DNA of 64,000 nt from Candidatus Woesearchaeota archaeon (GTDB taxonomy: Archaea > Nanobdellota > Nanobdellia > Woesearchaeales > WAPJ01), in NCBI GenBank assembly GCA_047602885.1, contig JBLKOQ010000003.1:464-64463 (forward strand), in the 5' to 3' direction. Positions 30,345 to 40,836 of this stretch are shown here, in pieces (position 1 is the first letter of the stretch; each line of letters begins with the position of its first letter). A program made the position numbers and the translations under genes. The notes under the pieces were generated by a model. The model did no database searches, was not told the origin of the DNA, and worked only from the letters and a program-made list of their open reading frames with translations.

Positions 30345-30956
30345 TTTAGAGTGCTTTGCAATCCCAAGATACTCCCCTTCTTCATTAAATACTATTCTAT
30401 AAGGACCACGACCACTACCCGCTAATCTAACATCATAAGTTATGATATCCTTATCATGTAGTTGCGGAGCCGGAAAGCCACCATGCCTATGGTATCTGGA
30501 AAGCAGTTCTTTGGCATCAGGACGGTCTAGGTTTTTTTCAATATATTCTGCCGCTGCAACGTCCAGTAGCATTCCTTCTACATCATTTTTATCACGCATT
30601 CTTCTTAGGATACGCCTGCCTTTACCTCCCATAACCTTATTACGAGCATACTCAAGTATTGCATTCTTAACTTCTGGAAGCATAGCTCTTCTATGATGAC
30701 GGTCTGAGAGGTGATTAATGCCTGTACCAGTACGTTTCATAATCTTTTCTAGACCGCCAATATCAGAGCCTGCAGTATTAACAACAAAATACATTGAGAG
30801 CAGTATTAGCAATATACCCACAAAGAAGACAGGAGAAACTGTAGAAGTCCCCGGGCCAATCGCAGCTCCCGTAATGCTCGGAGCACCGCCATAAGACAAT
30901 AATAGTCCTGTAATGAGCAATGCTAATCCAAGAACCCTATAATAAAACCGTCTCAT
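30309..30956 (-). CDS. Hypothetical membrane-anchored protein (two N-terminal TM helices, then a basic soluble domain with a RelE/ParE-like C-terminal motif).
   Basis: GPYRIVFNEEGEYLGIAKH near the C-terminus resembles the yRivY...e..v.vlrigHR element of RelE/ParE-fold proteins. Local GC is higher than the surroundings. Confidence 0.4.
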   Translation of the reverse strand: MRRFYYRVLGLALLITGLLLSYGGAPSITGAAIGPGTSTVSPVFFVGILLILLSMYFVVNTAGSDIGGLEKIMKRTGTGINHLSDRHHRRAMLPEVKNAILEYARNKVMGGKGRRILRRMRDKNDVEGMLLDVAAAEYIEKNLDRPDAKELLSRYHRHGGFPAPQLHDKDIITYDVRLAGSGRGPYRIVFNEEGEYLGIAKHSKSGGKSYRYEWV

Positions 30957-31070
30957 AGAAAACTCTTAAAGAGACTTGTGTTTAATAATCTTTTTGTTAT
31001 AAAATACTGCAAAACAATAATAATAAGGAACAACAAATACCTCATTGCATAAACTCTAATTATATATTAC

Positions 31071-31427
31071 TCAATCATCATATTTATCGATCATTACCAA
31101 TGGCTTCTGATACACACATAGGCTAACACCATGTCTGCTGAGTCTCTTTTCTGACACTACAAGTTCTCTTAACTGCTCTTGGTCTAGTACGGCAGGCTTT
31201 ATTATTCCGCATAGCTCTTTGGATCTTATCTTATTATTACTGCCTTGGAGTTTATATGTCATAACATAATGTCCCAACTTCTTTTCGAGCATTATCCTCT
31301 CATTGTTTACTGCATTATTGGGCAGTACAAACTCTGAACAGTCCAGATCATAGTATATACTATCAGGAATCTCCATAAGAAAAGGGATGGTCTTACGCAA
31401 CTCATCCAAAAAAATACGCTCATCCAT
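31071..31427 (-). CDS. Hypothetical protein (118 aa).
   Basis: ORF only. Confidence 0.4.
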   Translation of the reverse strand: MDERIFLDELRKTIPFLMEIPDSIYYDLDCSEFVLPNNAVNNERIMLEKKLGHYVMTYKLQGSNNKIRSKELCGIIKPAVLDQEQLRELVVSEKRLSRHGVSLCVYQKPLVMIDKYDD

Positions 31428-31491
31428 AATACTGAATAGCTTATACTCTTTAATAGGTTAATGAAAAAACAATAGAATAAAGGAAAAAAGT

Positions 31492-32025
31492 TTAGTCTGA
31501 AGGCTGTAAAACGGGGAAAAGCTTTGATACCAGTCCTCTCTCCCTGACTAATTCCCAGGCTCTCTTATCTCCCCTATTGAGCTCAGTCAGATTATTGTAC
31601 CCTGAGTCTGCAACGTGTATTACTATGTCTTCATCGCTTATATACAGGCTCGGATCAACACCCAACTGTCCTAGAAAACCATATAGTCCTGGAGCCTTGG
31701 TTCTCATATGGAGCCTTTCGGATGGAGATAAGTCTTCTGCTAATACTGAAGCATCAACATCGGTTACTAACGGGACAAACTCACGCTCAGCATAAGTCCT
31801 GTATCTTCCATCGAGATCAAGCTGTTTCGTTCTTGTCTCAACCATCTCTCCTAGTTTTAGGCCTTTATGCTCATATTCTGTTACAACTGTCTGGCCAAGG
31901 TCTATTAGGGGCTCATAGTCTTTCCTTCCTTCAAAGTATGCTTGCATGTCTCTTTTTGCCATGACTGTAGAATAATATAACCCTTTATAAACATTTCTAT
32001 AATTTACTACTTTTAAGTAGCACAT
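31492..32025 (-). CDS. Hypothetical protein (177 aa; GC-richer than the flanks).
   Basis: ORF only. The probable true start is the internal MAKRDMQAYF. Confidence 0.4.
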   Translation of the reverse strand: MCYLKVVNYRNVYKGLYYSTVMAKRDMQAYFEGRKDYEPLIDLGQTVVTEYEHKGLKLGEMVETRTKQLDLDGRYRTYAEREFVPLVTDVDASVLAEDLSPSERLHMRTKAPGLYGFLGQLGVDPSLYISDEDIVIHVADSGYNNLTELNRGDKRAWELVRERGLVSKLFPVLQPSD

Positions 32026-32029
32026 ATTA

Positions 32030-32731
32030 TTATTTGTAAGTCAAATCGGTGTAGACTTTAGGACTTTCCATACGCAATACCATCTTTGCAGGGCAGTCTA
32101 CTATTCCAAGCCTTGGATTACTAAAAGCATTTAATGCGTCCCTTTTAGAACTCCCCATAAATATTAGGAAAGGGATTGCTCCTGCCACTAATTCAACACT
32201 GGCAGTCATCCTGTCCTTGGGAGGCTTGGGACTGTCATCAAGTATTAAGAACTCCTTACCTTTAATAGTAAGAGCTGGATGGTTAGGATAGAGCCCTGCT
32301 ATATGACCATCCTCTCCCGAAGATAATAATACAATATCAAACATTCCACCATAATCATCAAGCACTTTCTTATAATTGCTCGCACCAAAATCATCCTTAT
32401 CTTTATTAACCATAAAAGGATGAAGATTACCTTTAGGAAGAATATTATTATCAACCAAATCTTTAGCAAAAGAATCATAAGAGAGCTTATAATTGCTCTG
32501 AGGATCATTAATACTAACTAGTCTTTCATCAACCATGAATATATGGATATTCTTCCACGCGTCATCTCTTGAATGCCTAAAGTATGATAGTACTTGATTA
32601 ATGCTCCTGCCACCGCATAGCGCTAATGTTACTATATCCTTATTATCCAACAGCTTTTTTGCAGTGTCAATAATATCCTGACCTATGATACTTCCAAGAT
32701 TATCCCTATCTTTTTCGACAACAATGTTCAT
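32030..32731 (-). CDS. 6-phosphogluconolactonase / glucosamine-6-phosphate deaminase family protein.
   Basis: TLALCGGRS...IHIFMVDERLV matches the Pgl/NagB laLsGGsTP...vhvf.gDER signature. Confidence 0.6.
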   Translation of the reverse strand: MNIVVEKDRDNLGSIIGQDIIDTAKKLLDNKDIVTLALCGGRSINQVLSYFRHSRDDAWKNIHIFMVDERLVSINDPQSNYKLSYDSFAKDLVDNNILPKGNLHPFMVNKDKDDFGASNYKKVLDDYGGMFDIVLLSSGEDGHIAGLYPNHPALTIKGKEFLILDDSPKPPKDRMTASVELVAGAIPFLIFMGSSKRDALNAFSNPRLGIVDCPAKMVLRMESPKVYTDLTYK

Positions 32732-32845
32732 ACTACAAATTAGTATATGTCATTTAATAATTTATTGTAAAAAAATGTCACTCTACCAAAAACATTCCGA
32801 AAAAGTGATGAGAGGACTATAAAATAATACTATTATGCAAGGTTC

Positions 32846-34708
32846 ATGGAAAAAAAGACCAATAATAGAATACTGACAATAGGAACATTATTTATTGCAT
32901 TAAGCATTATGCTGATGCAAACTGTTAATGCCGACTTCATAATAACAGAGGTTAGTCCCAGGCCAAATAATGGTACACTGGAATTTGTAGAATTATACCT
33001 TATAGGATATGAAGGCACAGATATTGGAATAGTAGATAATTTTGCGGGCTCTAACATTAAGCAAATGCAACGTTATATTAACGGGACAATAATAGACTAT
33101 GATAATCATAGCTATACTGGTTATGCCATAATAACACAGTATCCCGAACACTTTATTGATACTATGAACACTAATGTTACCGAATGCCTAATTATTGGCC
33201 TTACAGGAAGGATAGGAAACGGTCTTGCTGATTCTGGTGATGAGGTCCACATTACTATTAACAATAATACTAAGTCATTCTATTATACTAATGCTGTAAG
33301 AGGCAAATCATATAATAATCCCTGCGATAGTCATGAGTGCGTATATTATTATCATGACAGCAGCGAATATTATATTGATTATGAGACTCCTTGCTATGGC
33401 CTGATAAGCAATATTATGGATGACAATGACTATCATGATGAAACTGACGATGAATATACTGATGGTGATGAAGAGCATGATGAGAGCAGTGGAGATGAAG
33501 GAATGGATGATGGAAGTGAAGAAGAATATGATAATGACAACCAAAACGGCGAAGAAAACAATAATGGGAATGGTAGCGATGATACTCCTGAAGAAAACAA
33601 TAATGGAGATGATACAGGAGCAGAAGAGCCTGTAGATGATACTAATAATGAAGATGAACACTCAGAAGATGATACTACTGAAGACTCTACTGATGACAGT
33701 TCAGATGATAGTACAGAAGGAAGTGGAGAAGATAATGATTCTAATGAAAATGAAGAGCAAACTGATGAAGAGTATAATGATAATGGCAATGGAGGACAAG
33801 AAGAACAAGATGACAGCACAAACAATAATGAAGAGAATCAGAATGATTGTCCAACAATAACAATAACAGCCAAGGAAACTCCTTACACTACCAGAATAGA
33901 ATATAGGATTATAGGGAACGGGAATGACTATGACTATTGGATAGAATACTATAATGGGAGTATAGCAAGGAACAAAGCAGTATCAAAGACAAACACACAA
34001 AAGACTTACACTCCAAAGCAGGGTTATAGCATGCAAGAATCAATATTCAGGATAATAGCACAGTACCATAATGAATGCGATGGGATAAAGGTCAATGCCA
34101 CAAAATATGTCATGTTCGTCCATGCAGTAAAAGAGGATGCGCCTCAAGAAGAAGAGGAGAAGTGCACTATAATAGTGCCTCCTCCAAACAATCCAGGATT
34201 AAGTAATGCTATGAATAATCCTCAAGTAATAAGATCTTTTTATACCAGGGCGCAAAGACAGTCAGCAGAATACAATTATTTTTATGGCTTAACACCTAAT
34301 ATGACTAACATCTCATTGTATGCCTGCAGTATCATGCCAGTAACCCATCCCAAGGATAACAAGCACGTATTCAGGCATGAGACTATTAGCATTGGAATGC
34401 CAGTATTATTGGCACTCTCAGAAAACAACAGTGTAATAGATATCATGATAGGAACAAAGCCAGGGTTCATAAACGATACTAGTAATGAAGCAGAAGAATA
34501 TGAGGCGATAGTAGAAGAAAAAGCTGTTAATGATACTATTCTTAAAGACACTATAAACAGTGCTGCTATTAGGACTGTGACTCCTAACGAAAATAGCCTT
34601 TTAGGAGTAGATAATAAGAAGCCATTATGGGAAAAAGCCATGCCATATGCCATTCCTACAATGCTAATAGGAATAGTAGGAGTTGCTGCCTTTAGAAGGA
34701 TAAAATGA
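32846..34708 (+). CDS. Secreted surface protein with an N-terminal lamin-tail domain (LTD), a very long acidic low-complexity linker and a C-terminal TM anchor.
   Basis: Signal peptide; LTD signature FIITEVSPRPNNGTLEFVELY; a D/E/N-rich ~150-aa linker; terminal TM segment and RRIK. Confidence 0.7.
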   Translation: MEKKTNNRILTIGTLFIALSIMLMQTVNADFIITEVSPRPNNGTLEFVELYLIGYEGTDIGIVDNFAGSNIKQMQRYINGTIIDYDNHSYTGYAIITQYPEHFIDTMNTNVTECLIIGLTGRIGNGLADSGDEVHITINNNTKSFYYTNAVRGKSYNNPCDSHECVYYYHDSSEYYIDYETPCYGLISNIMDDNDYHDETDDEYTDGDEEHDESSGDEGMDDGSEEEYDNDNQNGEENNNGNGSDDTPEENNNGDDTGAEEPVDDTNNEDEHSEDDTTEDSTDDSSDDSTEGSGEDNDSNENEEQTDEEYNDNGNGGQEEQDDSTNNNEENQNDCPTITITAKETPYTTRIEYRIIGNGNDYDYWIEYYNGSIARNKAVSKTNTQKTYTPKQGYSMQESIFRIIAQYHNECDGIKVNATKYVMFVHAVKEDAPQEEEEKCTIIVPPPNNPGLSNAMNNPQVIRSFYTRAQRQSAEYNYFYGLTPNMTNISLYACSIMPVTHPKDNKHVFRHETISIGMPVLLALSENNSVIDIMIGTKPGFINDTSNEAEEYEAIVEEKAVNDTILKDTINSAAIRTVTPNENSLLGVDNKKPLWEKAMPYAIPTMLIGIVGVAAFRRIK

Positions 34709-34750
34709 GAATACCCAACTTTTTTAAACCCTTATACATATCATGATGCT

Positions 34751-35326
34751 ATGGAAAAAAAGTATCATGGTCATGCAATAATGGAAGTTATGGGAAAGCC
34801 TCAAGAGCATGTAGCCGAGACTATGAGGCTGTTGCTCAAGAAGGCTAAGGACACTAAGGAACTAGAAGTAATAGAACATCATATGGAAGAGCCCCAAAAG
34901 GTAGAGGATGACTCAACCCTCTATTCAGGATTTCTTGAAATGGAGATAAAACTCCTTAACATGGAAACCATATTCGGCTTCATACTGGATTATATGCCTT
35001 CAAGCCTGGAAATATCAGATCCTGACGAAATAAACTTTGACTTATCGACATTCAACGGGTTCCTATCCGATTTTATAGGACGATTGCACGAGTATGACAA
35101 GATAGTAAAAGAAAAGATAGGGGAGAATGTCCAGCTCCAAGAAAATATTGACCTGCTAATAAGGAATCTAATAATAATATCACTCAAGGAGAAGAGTCTA
35201 ACAGCAGAAGAAATATCATCAAAGGTAGGCATAGCAGCAGAATCTTTAAAGCCCTTCCTAAACAAGTTTGCAGACAACAAGACTATAATAGAGACTAACG
35301 ATAAGTATTCATTGCCCGTAAAGTGA
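34751..35326 (+). CDS. Hypothetical protein (191 aa); positionally a possible ScpA-like kleisin partner of ScpB.
   Basis: Immediately upstream of scpB and probably co-transcribed; the C-terminal part is winged-helix-like. The assignment is weak. Confidence 0.35.
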   Translation: MEKKYHGHAIMEVMGKPQEHVAETMRLLLKKAKDTKELEVIEHHMEEPQKVEDDSTLYSGFLEMEIKLLNMETIFGFILDYMPSSLEISDPDEINFDLSTFNGFLSDFIGRLHEYDKIVKEKIGENVQLQENIDLLIRNLIIISLKEKSLTAEEISSKVGIAAESLKPFLNKFADNKTIIETNDKYSLPVK

Positions 35327-35330
35327 TAGC

Positions 35331-35903
35331 ATGATACAAAGAAAACTAAAACATGACATACTCGCATTATTGTTTGCCAGTGCGGAACCTTTAAGCGAAG
35401 AAGAACTGGTAAGGCACAGCAATGCAAAAAACAAGATACAATTAAGAAAGGCAATAGAAGAAGTAAAAGATGAAATTAAAGAACTTCCCATACAAATAAT
35501 ATCTTCTGATGCAAAATACAAACTAACTTTAAGAGCCGATTATGTTGATGTGGTAAGAAGCCTTAATCCTGATACAGAGCTTACTAAGGGAGCTCTGGAA
35601 GTACTCTCAATAATAGCATACAAAGAGCCAGTACTCCAAAGCGATATTATAGGACAGCTAGGCACAGGTGCTTATGACCATATAAGACAGTTATTGGAAG
35701 GCAAGTTCATAGTAAGGACTCCTAAAGGAAGAAGCTATCAGATAAGATTAGGGGAAGAATTCTATAGGTATTTTGAAGTAACCAGTAGTGAAGCCAAGTC
35801 AATATTCGAGCCTGCAGCCCAGAAGAAGCTAAAAGAACTCCAGGAGCAAAAGAGCATATCAGAGTTCGAAAAAGAACAGTATGAGAGTGAAGAAGAAAAA
35901 TAA
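35331..35903 (+). CDS. scpB: Segregation and condensation protein B (ScpB).
   Basis: ALLFASAEPLSEEEL and a tandem winged-helix layout (LTKGALEVLSIIAYKEPVLQSDI). Confidence 0.8.
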   Translation: MIQRKLKHDILALLFASAEPLSEEELVRHSNAKNKIQLRKAIEEVKDEIKELPIQIISSDAKYKLTLRADYVDVVRSLNPDTELTKGALEVLSIIAYKEPVLQSDIIGQLGTGAYDHIRQLLEGKFIVRTPKGRSYQIRLGEEFYRYFEVTSSEAKSIFEPAAQKKLKELQEQKSISEFEKEQYESEEEK

Positions 35904-36332
35904 TCATCTATAATTAAACGGGTTAAACCCCTGCTCTAACAGGTTCTGTAATGGAAGAAATAATGGCAAAGGCATATCATCCCATAAGAACCATTCCCAA
36001 CCCTCACATTTATTAGGTTCCATAACACTTGGTTTTCCTGAATCATAGTCTGCTATAACAAAAACAGTAATATAATGTATTCCTTCTTTTACAAATATGT
36101 CATTAGTGTATGGGCCCTGCCTAATATTCTTTATGGACAATCCTGTCTCTTCTAAGACTTCACGCACAGCGCAATCCTCTATACTTTCATTATAATCCAG
36201 CTTTCCTCCCGGAAAAGCCCATGTACCATCGCCAAGAGAATTTTTTCTTTTACCCAATAACACTTTGTTGTCATTGACTATCATTACGCCAACACCAACC
36301 CTGGGCGCATTCATATTATTAACCATAAACAA
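35904..36332 (-). CDS. Nudix hydrolase.
   Basis: Nudix box GGKLDYNESIEDCAVREVLEETGL. Confidence 0.85.
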   Translation of the reverse strand: MFMVNNMNAPRVGVGVMIVNDNKVLLGKRKNSLGDGTWAFPGGKLDYNESIEDCAVREVLEETGLSIKNIRQGPYTNDIFVKEGIHYITVFVIADYDSGKPSVMEPNKCEGWEWFLWDDMPLPLFLPLQNLLEQGFNPFNYR

Positions 36333-36465
36333 TTAATAAGAGTGCAATAGTATTAAATATTATGCAATGCGTAATATGCAATATGACTATGGTATACAGG
36401 AAATGCAAGGTTGTATGCCTAAACTGCGGCTCTTTTCATGACTGCAGTGATACAGGGTTATGATA

Positions 36466-36603
36466 ATGAGAACATATGATACTAAATGTCCTAAGTGTGG
36501 AAATACACAAAAGTTCCAGTCAATAAAAGGTCTTACAATAAAGTCAAGGAAGAAATGCGTATATTGTGGTAAGAGCTATAATGTCAGGGATTGTCTAATT
36601 TAG
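36466..36603 (+). CDS. Small zinc-ribbon protein (45 aa, C4-type); not in the ORF track.
   Basis: MRTYDTKCPKCGNTQKFQSIKGLTIKSRKKCVYCGKSYNVRDCLI, with CxxC...CxxC. Confidence 0.35.
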   Translation: MRTYDTKCPKCGNTQKFQSIKGLTIKSRKKCVYCGKSYNVRDCLI

Positions 36604-37145
36604 GCCTTAGTCCCATGGTAATACTTTCTTCTAAGACCATTAATCCTGCTCATAATAGGTATTACTATTCCCCTGTCTACTAATATGTCTAGCCTTTCGC
36701 CAATCCATGTTATCCATATATCATTTCCTGATATCCTAATCTGGTTGACTATTTCATCCATTATTATGCTCCAGTCTATGGACGAATATGCTATAGTCAT
36801 GCAGTCATCCAAGTCACCTTCTCTATCAGTCATTGTCTTGAACATAAAAACATCCTCGTTAGAGCATAATGAGAATGACAGTTTGTCCATGCCAAATATC
36901 CTATCGGATCTTGCAATCATACTCTCAGACAGCATGAATTTTGAGCATACACTTTTCTCAAACAAGTCTATTCTATAATCATCCCTTACCAGTATTTGGC
37001 TCAAATTCATATTGGAATAATACTTGTCTGGAATGCGAGGAATAAACCCTATTTGTCGTAGAATCATTACCAATTCATTATACTCTCTTCTTGTTCCTAC
37101 TATTATATCAATGTCCTTGGTAGAAGATTTTAGTCCCCTGTACAA
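36600..37145 (-). CDS. Hypothetical protein (181 aa), possibly a minimal nucleotidyltransferase fold.
   Basis: N-terminal GLKSSTKDIDIIVG resembles the GS-x-n-DhD NTase motif. Weak. Confidence 0.35.
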   Translation of the reverse strand: MYRGLKSSTKDIDIIVGTRREYNELVMILRQIGFIPRIPDKYYSNMNLSQILVRDDYRIDLFEKSVCSKFMLSESMIARSDRIFGMDKLSFSLCSNEDVFMFKTMTDREGDLDDCMTIAYSSIDWSIIMDEIVNQIRISGNDIWITWIGERLDILVDRGIVIPIMSRINGLRRKYYHGTKA

Positions 37146-37247
37146 TAGTGCTGTTCCTCCTATTGCATATACGCTAACCCTATGATTTAGTACAGAATTG
37201 ATTTCTGTTAGCAGTTCTGTTATTCCAATAAAATCGTTTATCGTATA

Positions 37248-38111
37248 TTACACCCTAATATCATACAGCTCTGCCCTTTCCTTAATCTCACTTAGTGAAG
37301 GGTATCCTTTGACTGCACCTCCTTTTAGTATAATATCAATATTCATAATGACTCTGTGGCTGATTCCGAAATTCTTCCTTACCTTAATATAAAACAATGC
37401 AAAGAATATGATGTTTCTTGCGCCGCCCTCCTTTTCTATAACGTACAATGAATGTATCATAATCTCTTTTTTTGTAAGCCTTTTTTTTGGCAGATAATAA
37501 TAGTTCTTAATGCCCCCTATACTAATACCATAATGCTCGTATGCTGAAAAAGCAGTCTTTGCAGCAGGCAACTCTTGTTTGGTTGAGAATACTATATCGT
37601 CGTCTGTCCTATGATAAATGATTGAGCCTATAGGAACACGGTCATCAATATTACTGTTATAGTCTTGCAGGCTCTTTAACAATACTATAATATCAGGCCA
37701 GAGGCGATTGTTAAGAGCGTACTTCTCGTTTGCCGTTATTATGCTTCTTTTTCTTGCTTCTGAGAGCTTATAGAATATCGTAGACCTCTTGTACCCTGTT
37801 ATTGTCTGTATTTCCTCTACCGTTCTATCATGATCGATTAGACAGGTTAGTATTGGTATGCCTGAATTGGACAATAGTCCTGTAATGTTAGGATGGTTTG
37901 ACAAGAACTGGAGCAATAATGAAATATGCAGCTTTGGTTCAATAGTAAGTGTGCCCCTATAAAGCTTTACTATTCCCTTCTTATTCAGATGTGATAATGT
38001 ATGATAGACTTGTTTTTCGCTTCTGTTCATAGCTCGGGCAATGCCTCTTATCCTATTATTTCCTTGGGATAAATGCAATAGCATTGTCAACTCCGGTTTT
38101 GATAATCTCAT
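37248..38111 (-). CDS. Winged-HTH transcriptional regulator-like protein (287 aa).
   Basis: N-terminal wHTH (LHLSQGNNRIRGIARAMNRSEKQVYHTLSHLNKKGIVKL); the C-terminal domain is unassigned. Confidence 0.5.
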   Translation of the reverse strand: MRLSKPELTMLLHLSQGNNRIRGIARAMNRSEKQVYHTLSHLNKKGIVKLYRGTLTIEPKLHISLLLQFLSNHPNITGLLSNSGIPILTCLIDHDRTVEEIQTITGYKRSTIFYKLSEARKRSIITANEKYALNNRLWPDIIVLLKSLQDYNSNIDDRVPIGSIIYHRTDDDIVFSTKQELPAAKTAFSAYEHYGISIGGIKNYYYLPKKRLTKKEIMIHSLYVIEKEGGARNIIFFALFYIKVRKNFGISHRVIMNIDIILKGGAVKGYPSLSEIKERAELYDIRV

Positions 38112-38313
38112 AAGTCCAGTAATATGTAATTTCTTTATATATCTTTCTTATATTATTAGACAATATGATGTTATTAAAGAAAGATTTACATACAATAAAG
38201 ATTTATCGAACCTCATAATGTCTTATCAGTATCACTTGCCAAAAAACCACCAATCCATTTATAAATAAAACACTCTTCTTTTCAGACGACAAACTGATAA
38301 TAATCAAAATAAC

Positions 38314-38329
38314 CATATCTTTATAAACA
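38314..38329 (+). promoter_or_regulatory. TATA-like box of the gyrA promoter.
   Basis: CTTTATAAAC centred about 29 bp upstream of the gyrA ATG (38353), spacing typical of archaeal leaderless transcripts. Confidence 0.35.
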
Positions 38330-38352
38330 ATCCTTGATCCCATTTTAATAGT

Positions 38353-40836
38353 ATGAAAAACAATGATTCTAATGATAATACTCCTGAAAGAGTAATGTTA
38401 AGGCCTATAGAAACTGAGATGAAAAAGGCATACCTAGACTATTCTATGAGCGTAATAGTAGGAAGGGCTTTGCCTGACGCCAGAGACGGCCTAAAACCTG
38501 TTCATAGGAGAGTATTGTATACTATGCTTGAGATAGGACTGCAGCCTAACAGGCCTTACAAGAAAAGCGCTACCATCGTAGGAAACACTATGGCAAAGTA
38601 TCATCCTCACGGTGATTCAAGCATATACGATGCCCTGGTAAGAATGGCACAGGATTTTTCCATGAGATACCCCTTAGTTACAGGCCAGGGTAATTTTGGC
38701 AGTGTTGACGGGGATAGCGCTGCTGCAATGAGATATACTGAAGCTAAACTGTCAAAGGCAGGAGCATTATTATTAGAGGATATAGACAAGGAAACCGTAG
38801 ACTACATAGAGACTTTTGACGGCAGCCATAAAGAGCCATCAGTATTGCCAGCAAAAATCCCTAACCTGCTGATTAATGGGAGTTCTGGAATAGCAGTGGG
38901 AATGGCTACCAATATACCTCCTCATAATGCAAAGGAAACCATTAGGGCGATTAAAGCGCAAATAGAAAATCCTGATATTACTATCAGGGAGATTATGGAT
39001 ATAATGCCAGGACCTGACTTTCCTACAGGCGGCGAAATAGTCAATGCTGACGCGTTGCTCGAAGGATACCATAATGGGAGAGCTTCATTAAGGGTTAGGA
39101 GCGTATGGGATCATGAGGAGCATGACAACAGGAAGTGGATGGTAATAACACAAATACCATTCCAAGTAAACAAGAGCAGCCTGGTAGAAGAGATAGCCGA
39201 GGCAGCAAAAGCAGAACTCGTTAACGGAATACACGATCTTAGGGATGAGTCGGACAAAGACGGTACTCGTATAGTAATAGAACTAAAAAAGGATGTCCAG
39301 ACAGAAATATTAGAGATGCAATTATTAAAACATACCCGTCTAGAGACAACTTTTGGAATGCAATTACTTGCTATAGACAAGGGCCAGCCCAAGACATTCT
39401 CACTAAAAGAGCTTATCCAATGTTTCATAGACCACAGGTTTGAAGTAACAACCAGAAGAATAAGACATGAACTGAAGAAGGCAGAAGAAAGACTCCACAT
39501 ACTAGAAGGACTCATAATAGCATTGGATAATATTGACGAGGTAATAGCAGACATTAAAGGTTCCGATAATAGCCAGCAGGCTCACAGTCTGTTAATGGAA
39601 AAATACTCTCTTAGTGACAGGCAGTCACAGAGCATCCTGGAGATGAGACTCCAAAAACTCGCTGCACTAGAGACTCGCGAGATAAAAAATGAAGCAGAAA
39701 AGATAAGAGAGGATATTAAAGAATACAATATCATACTCAAGGATCCTAATAGAATATATGATATTATTATTAGTGAGCTGGACGATTCTACCAAAGACGT
39801 TGATTCGAGCAGGATTACAGAATTTTCCAACAAGGTATCTTATGATATTGACGAGGAACAGTTAATAGAAGAGCAGACAATGGTAGTTACTATTACAAGA
39901 AAAGGATATATCAAGAGGATACCATTAGACGAGTACAGAGTGCAAAAGAGGGGCGGGAGAGGACTCTCAGGAGCAGGAAGGAGAGAAGATGACAGTGTAG
40001 AAAAGGTAATAGTAGCATCCACCCATGACTATATGATGTTCTTTAGCGATAAGGGACAATGTTACTGGCTAAAAATCTATAAGATCCCATTAGGGAGCAG
40101 GACGAGTCTTGGAAGGCCCTTGGTTAATCTTATAGACATAGAACAGGATGAGAGGATAACAGCTCATATCAATGTTAGGGGTTTTGACGAAGACAAATAC
40201 CTAATGTTTATTACGCGGAAGGGCACAGTCAAGAGGACTCCCCTAAGAGCATTCTCCAACATTAGAGTAAATGGCATTAGGGCAATAACACTGGTAGACG
40301 ATTCTCTAGTAGAAGTAAAGCTTACTGACGGCGAGGATACTATTATGATAGGTACCAGGAAAGGTGCTAGCATTACATTCAAAGAGACTGATGTTAGGAG
40401 CATGGGTAGGACTGCTTATGGAGTTAGGGGAATAAGGCTTACTGACGGAGACAGGGTTGTAGGAGCAGCTCTTCAAAGTGAAGGTTCAACAATACTAACG
40501 ATAAAAGCGAATGGCCTAGGAAAGAGGACACTGCATGAAGATTATAGGGTACAATCAAGGGGCGGTAAAGGAGTTATCAATATCAAGACTGCGGGAAGCC
40601 CTGTAATAGGAATAAAGGCAGTGCATGATGATAACGGATTATTAGTAATAACGAAGAACGGCCTGCTAATAAGAACATTAGTTGATAAGATATCGATAGT
40701 GGGCAGGGCAACTAAGGGCGTTAGGATAATAAGACTGCAAGAAAATGATAAGGCACAGTCAGTATCAATCGTACCGAGAGAAGAGATGAACGGGGAAGAA
40801 AACGGTAACGAGAACGCATCAGATGATTCTCTTTAA
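38353..40836 (+). CDS. gyrA: DNA gyrase subunit A.
   Basis: [12 protein letters not shown] and the active-site tyrosine region [10 protein letters not shown]; C-terminal beta-pinwheel repeats. 827 aa. Confidence 0.92.
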   Translation: MKNNDSNDNTPERVMLRPIETEMKKAYLDYSMSVIVGRALPDARDGLKPVHRRVLYTMLEIGLQPNRPYKKSATIVGNTMAKYHPHGDSSIYDALVRMAQDFSMRYPLVTGQGNFGSVDGDSAAAMRYTEAKLSKAGALLLEDIDKETVDYIETFDGSHKEPSVLPAKIPNLLINGSSGIAVGMATNIPPHNAKETIRAIKAQIENPDITIREIMDIMPGPDFPTGGEIVNADALLEGYHNGRASLRVRSVWDHEEHDNRKWMVITQIPFQVNKSSLVEEIAEAAKAELVNGIHDLRDESDKDGTRIVIELKKDVQTEILEMQLLKHTRLETTFGMQLLAIDKGQPKTFSLKELIQCFIDHRFEVTTRRIRHELKKAEERLHILEGLIIALDNIDEVIADIKGSDNSQQAHSLLMEKYSLSDRQSQSILEMRLQKLAALETREIKNEAEKIREDIKEYNIILKDPNRIYDIIISELDDSTKDVDSSRITEFSNKVSYDIDEEQLIEEQTMVVTITRKGYIKRIPLDEYRVQKRGGRGLSGAGRREDDSVEKVIVASTHDYMMFFSDKGQCYWLKIYKIPLGSRTSLGRPLVNLIDIEQDERITAHINVRGFDEDKYLMFITRKGTVKRTPLRAFSNIRVNGIRAITLVDDSLVEVKLTDGEDTIMIGTRKGASITFKETDVRSMGRTAYGVRGIRLTDGDRVVGAALQSEGSTILTIKANGLGKRTLHEDYRVQSRGGKGVINIKTAGSPVIGIKAVHDDNGLLVITKNGLLIRTLVDKISIVGRATKGVRIIRLQENDKAQSVSIVPREEMNGEENGNENASDDSL

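Noticed and set aside
33308-33860. Four overlapping ORFs on both strands (33308-33661 minus, 33420-33635 plus, 33433-33825 minus, 33636-33860 plus) with Ser-rich or Met/Ile-rich products.
   Set aside because: They lie inside the GAT/GAA low-complexity tract of the LTD protein gene. Alternative-frame and antisense translations of purine-rich repeats yield stop-free nonsense..
38607-40403. Multiple minus-strand ORFs within the gyrA span.
   Set aside because: gyrA is unambiguous on the plus strand; these are antisense shadows.
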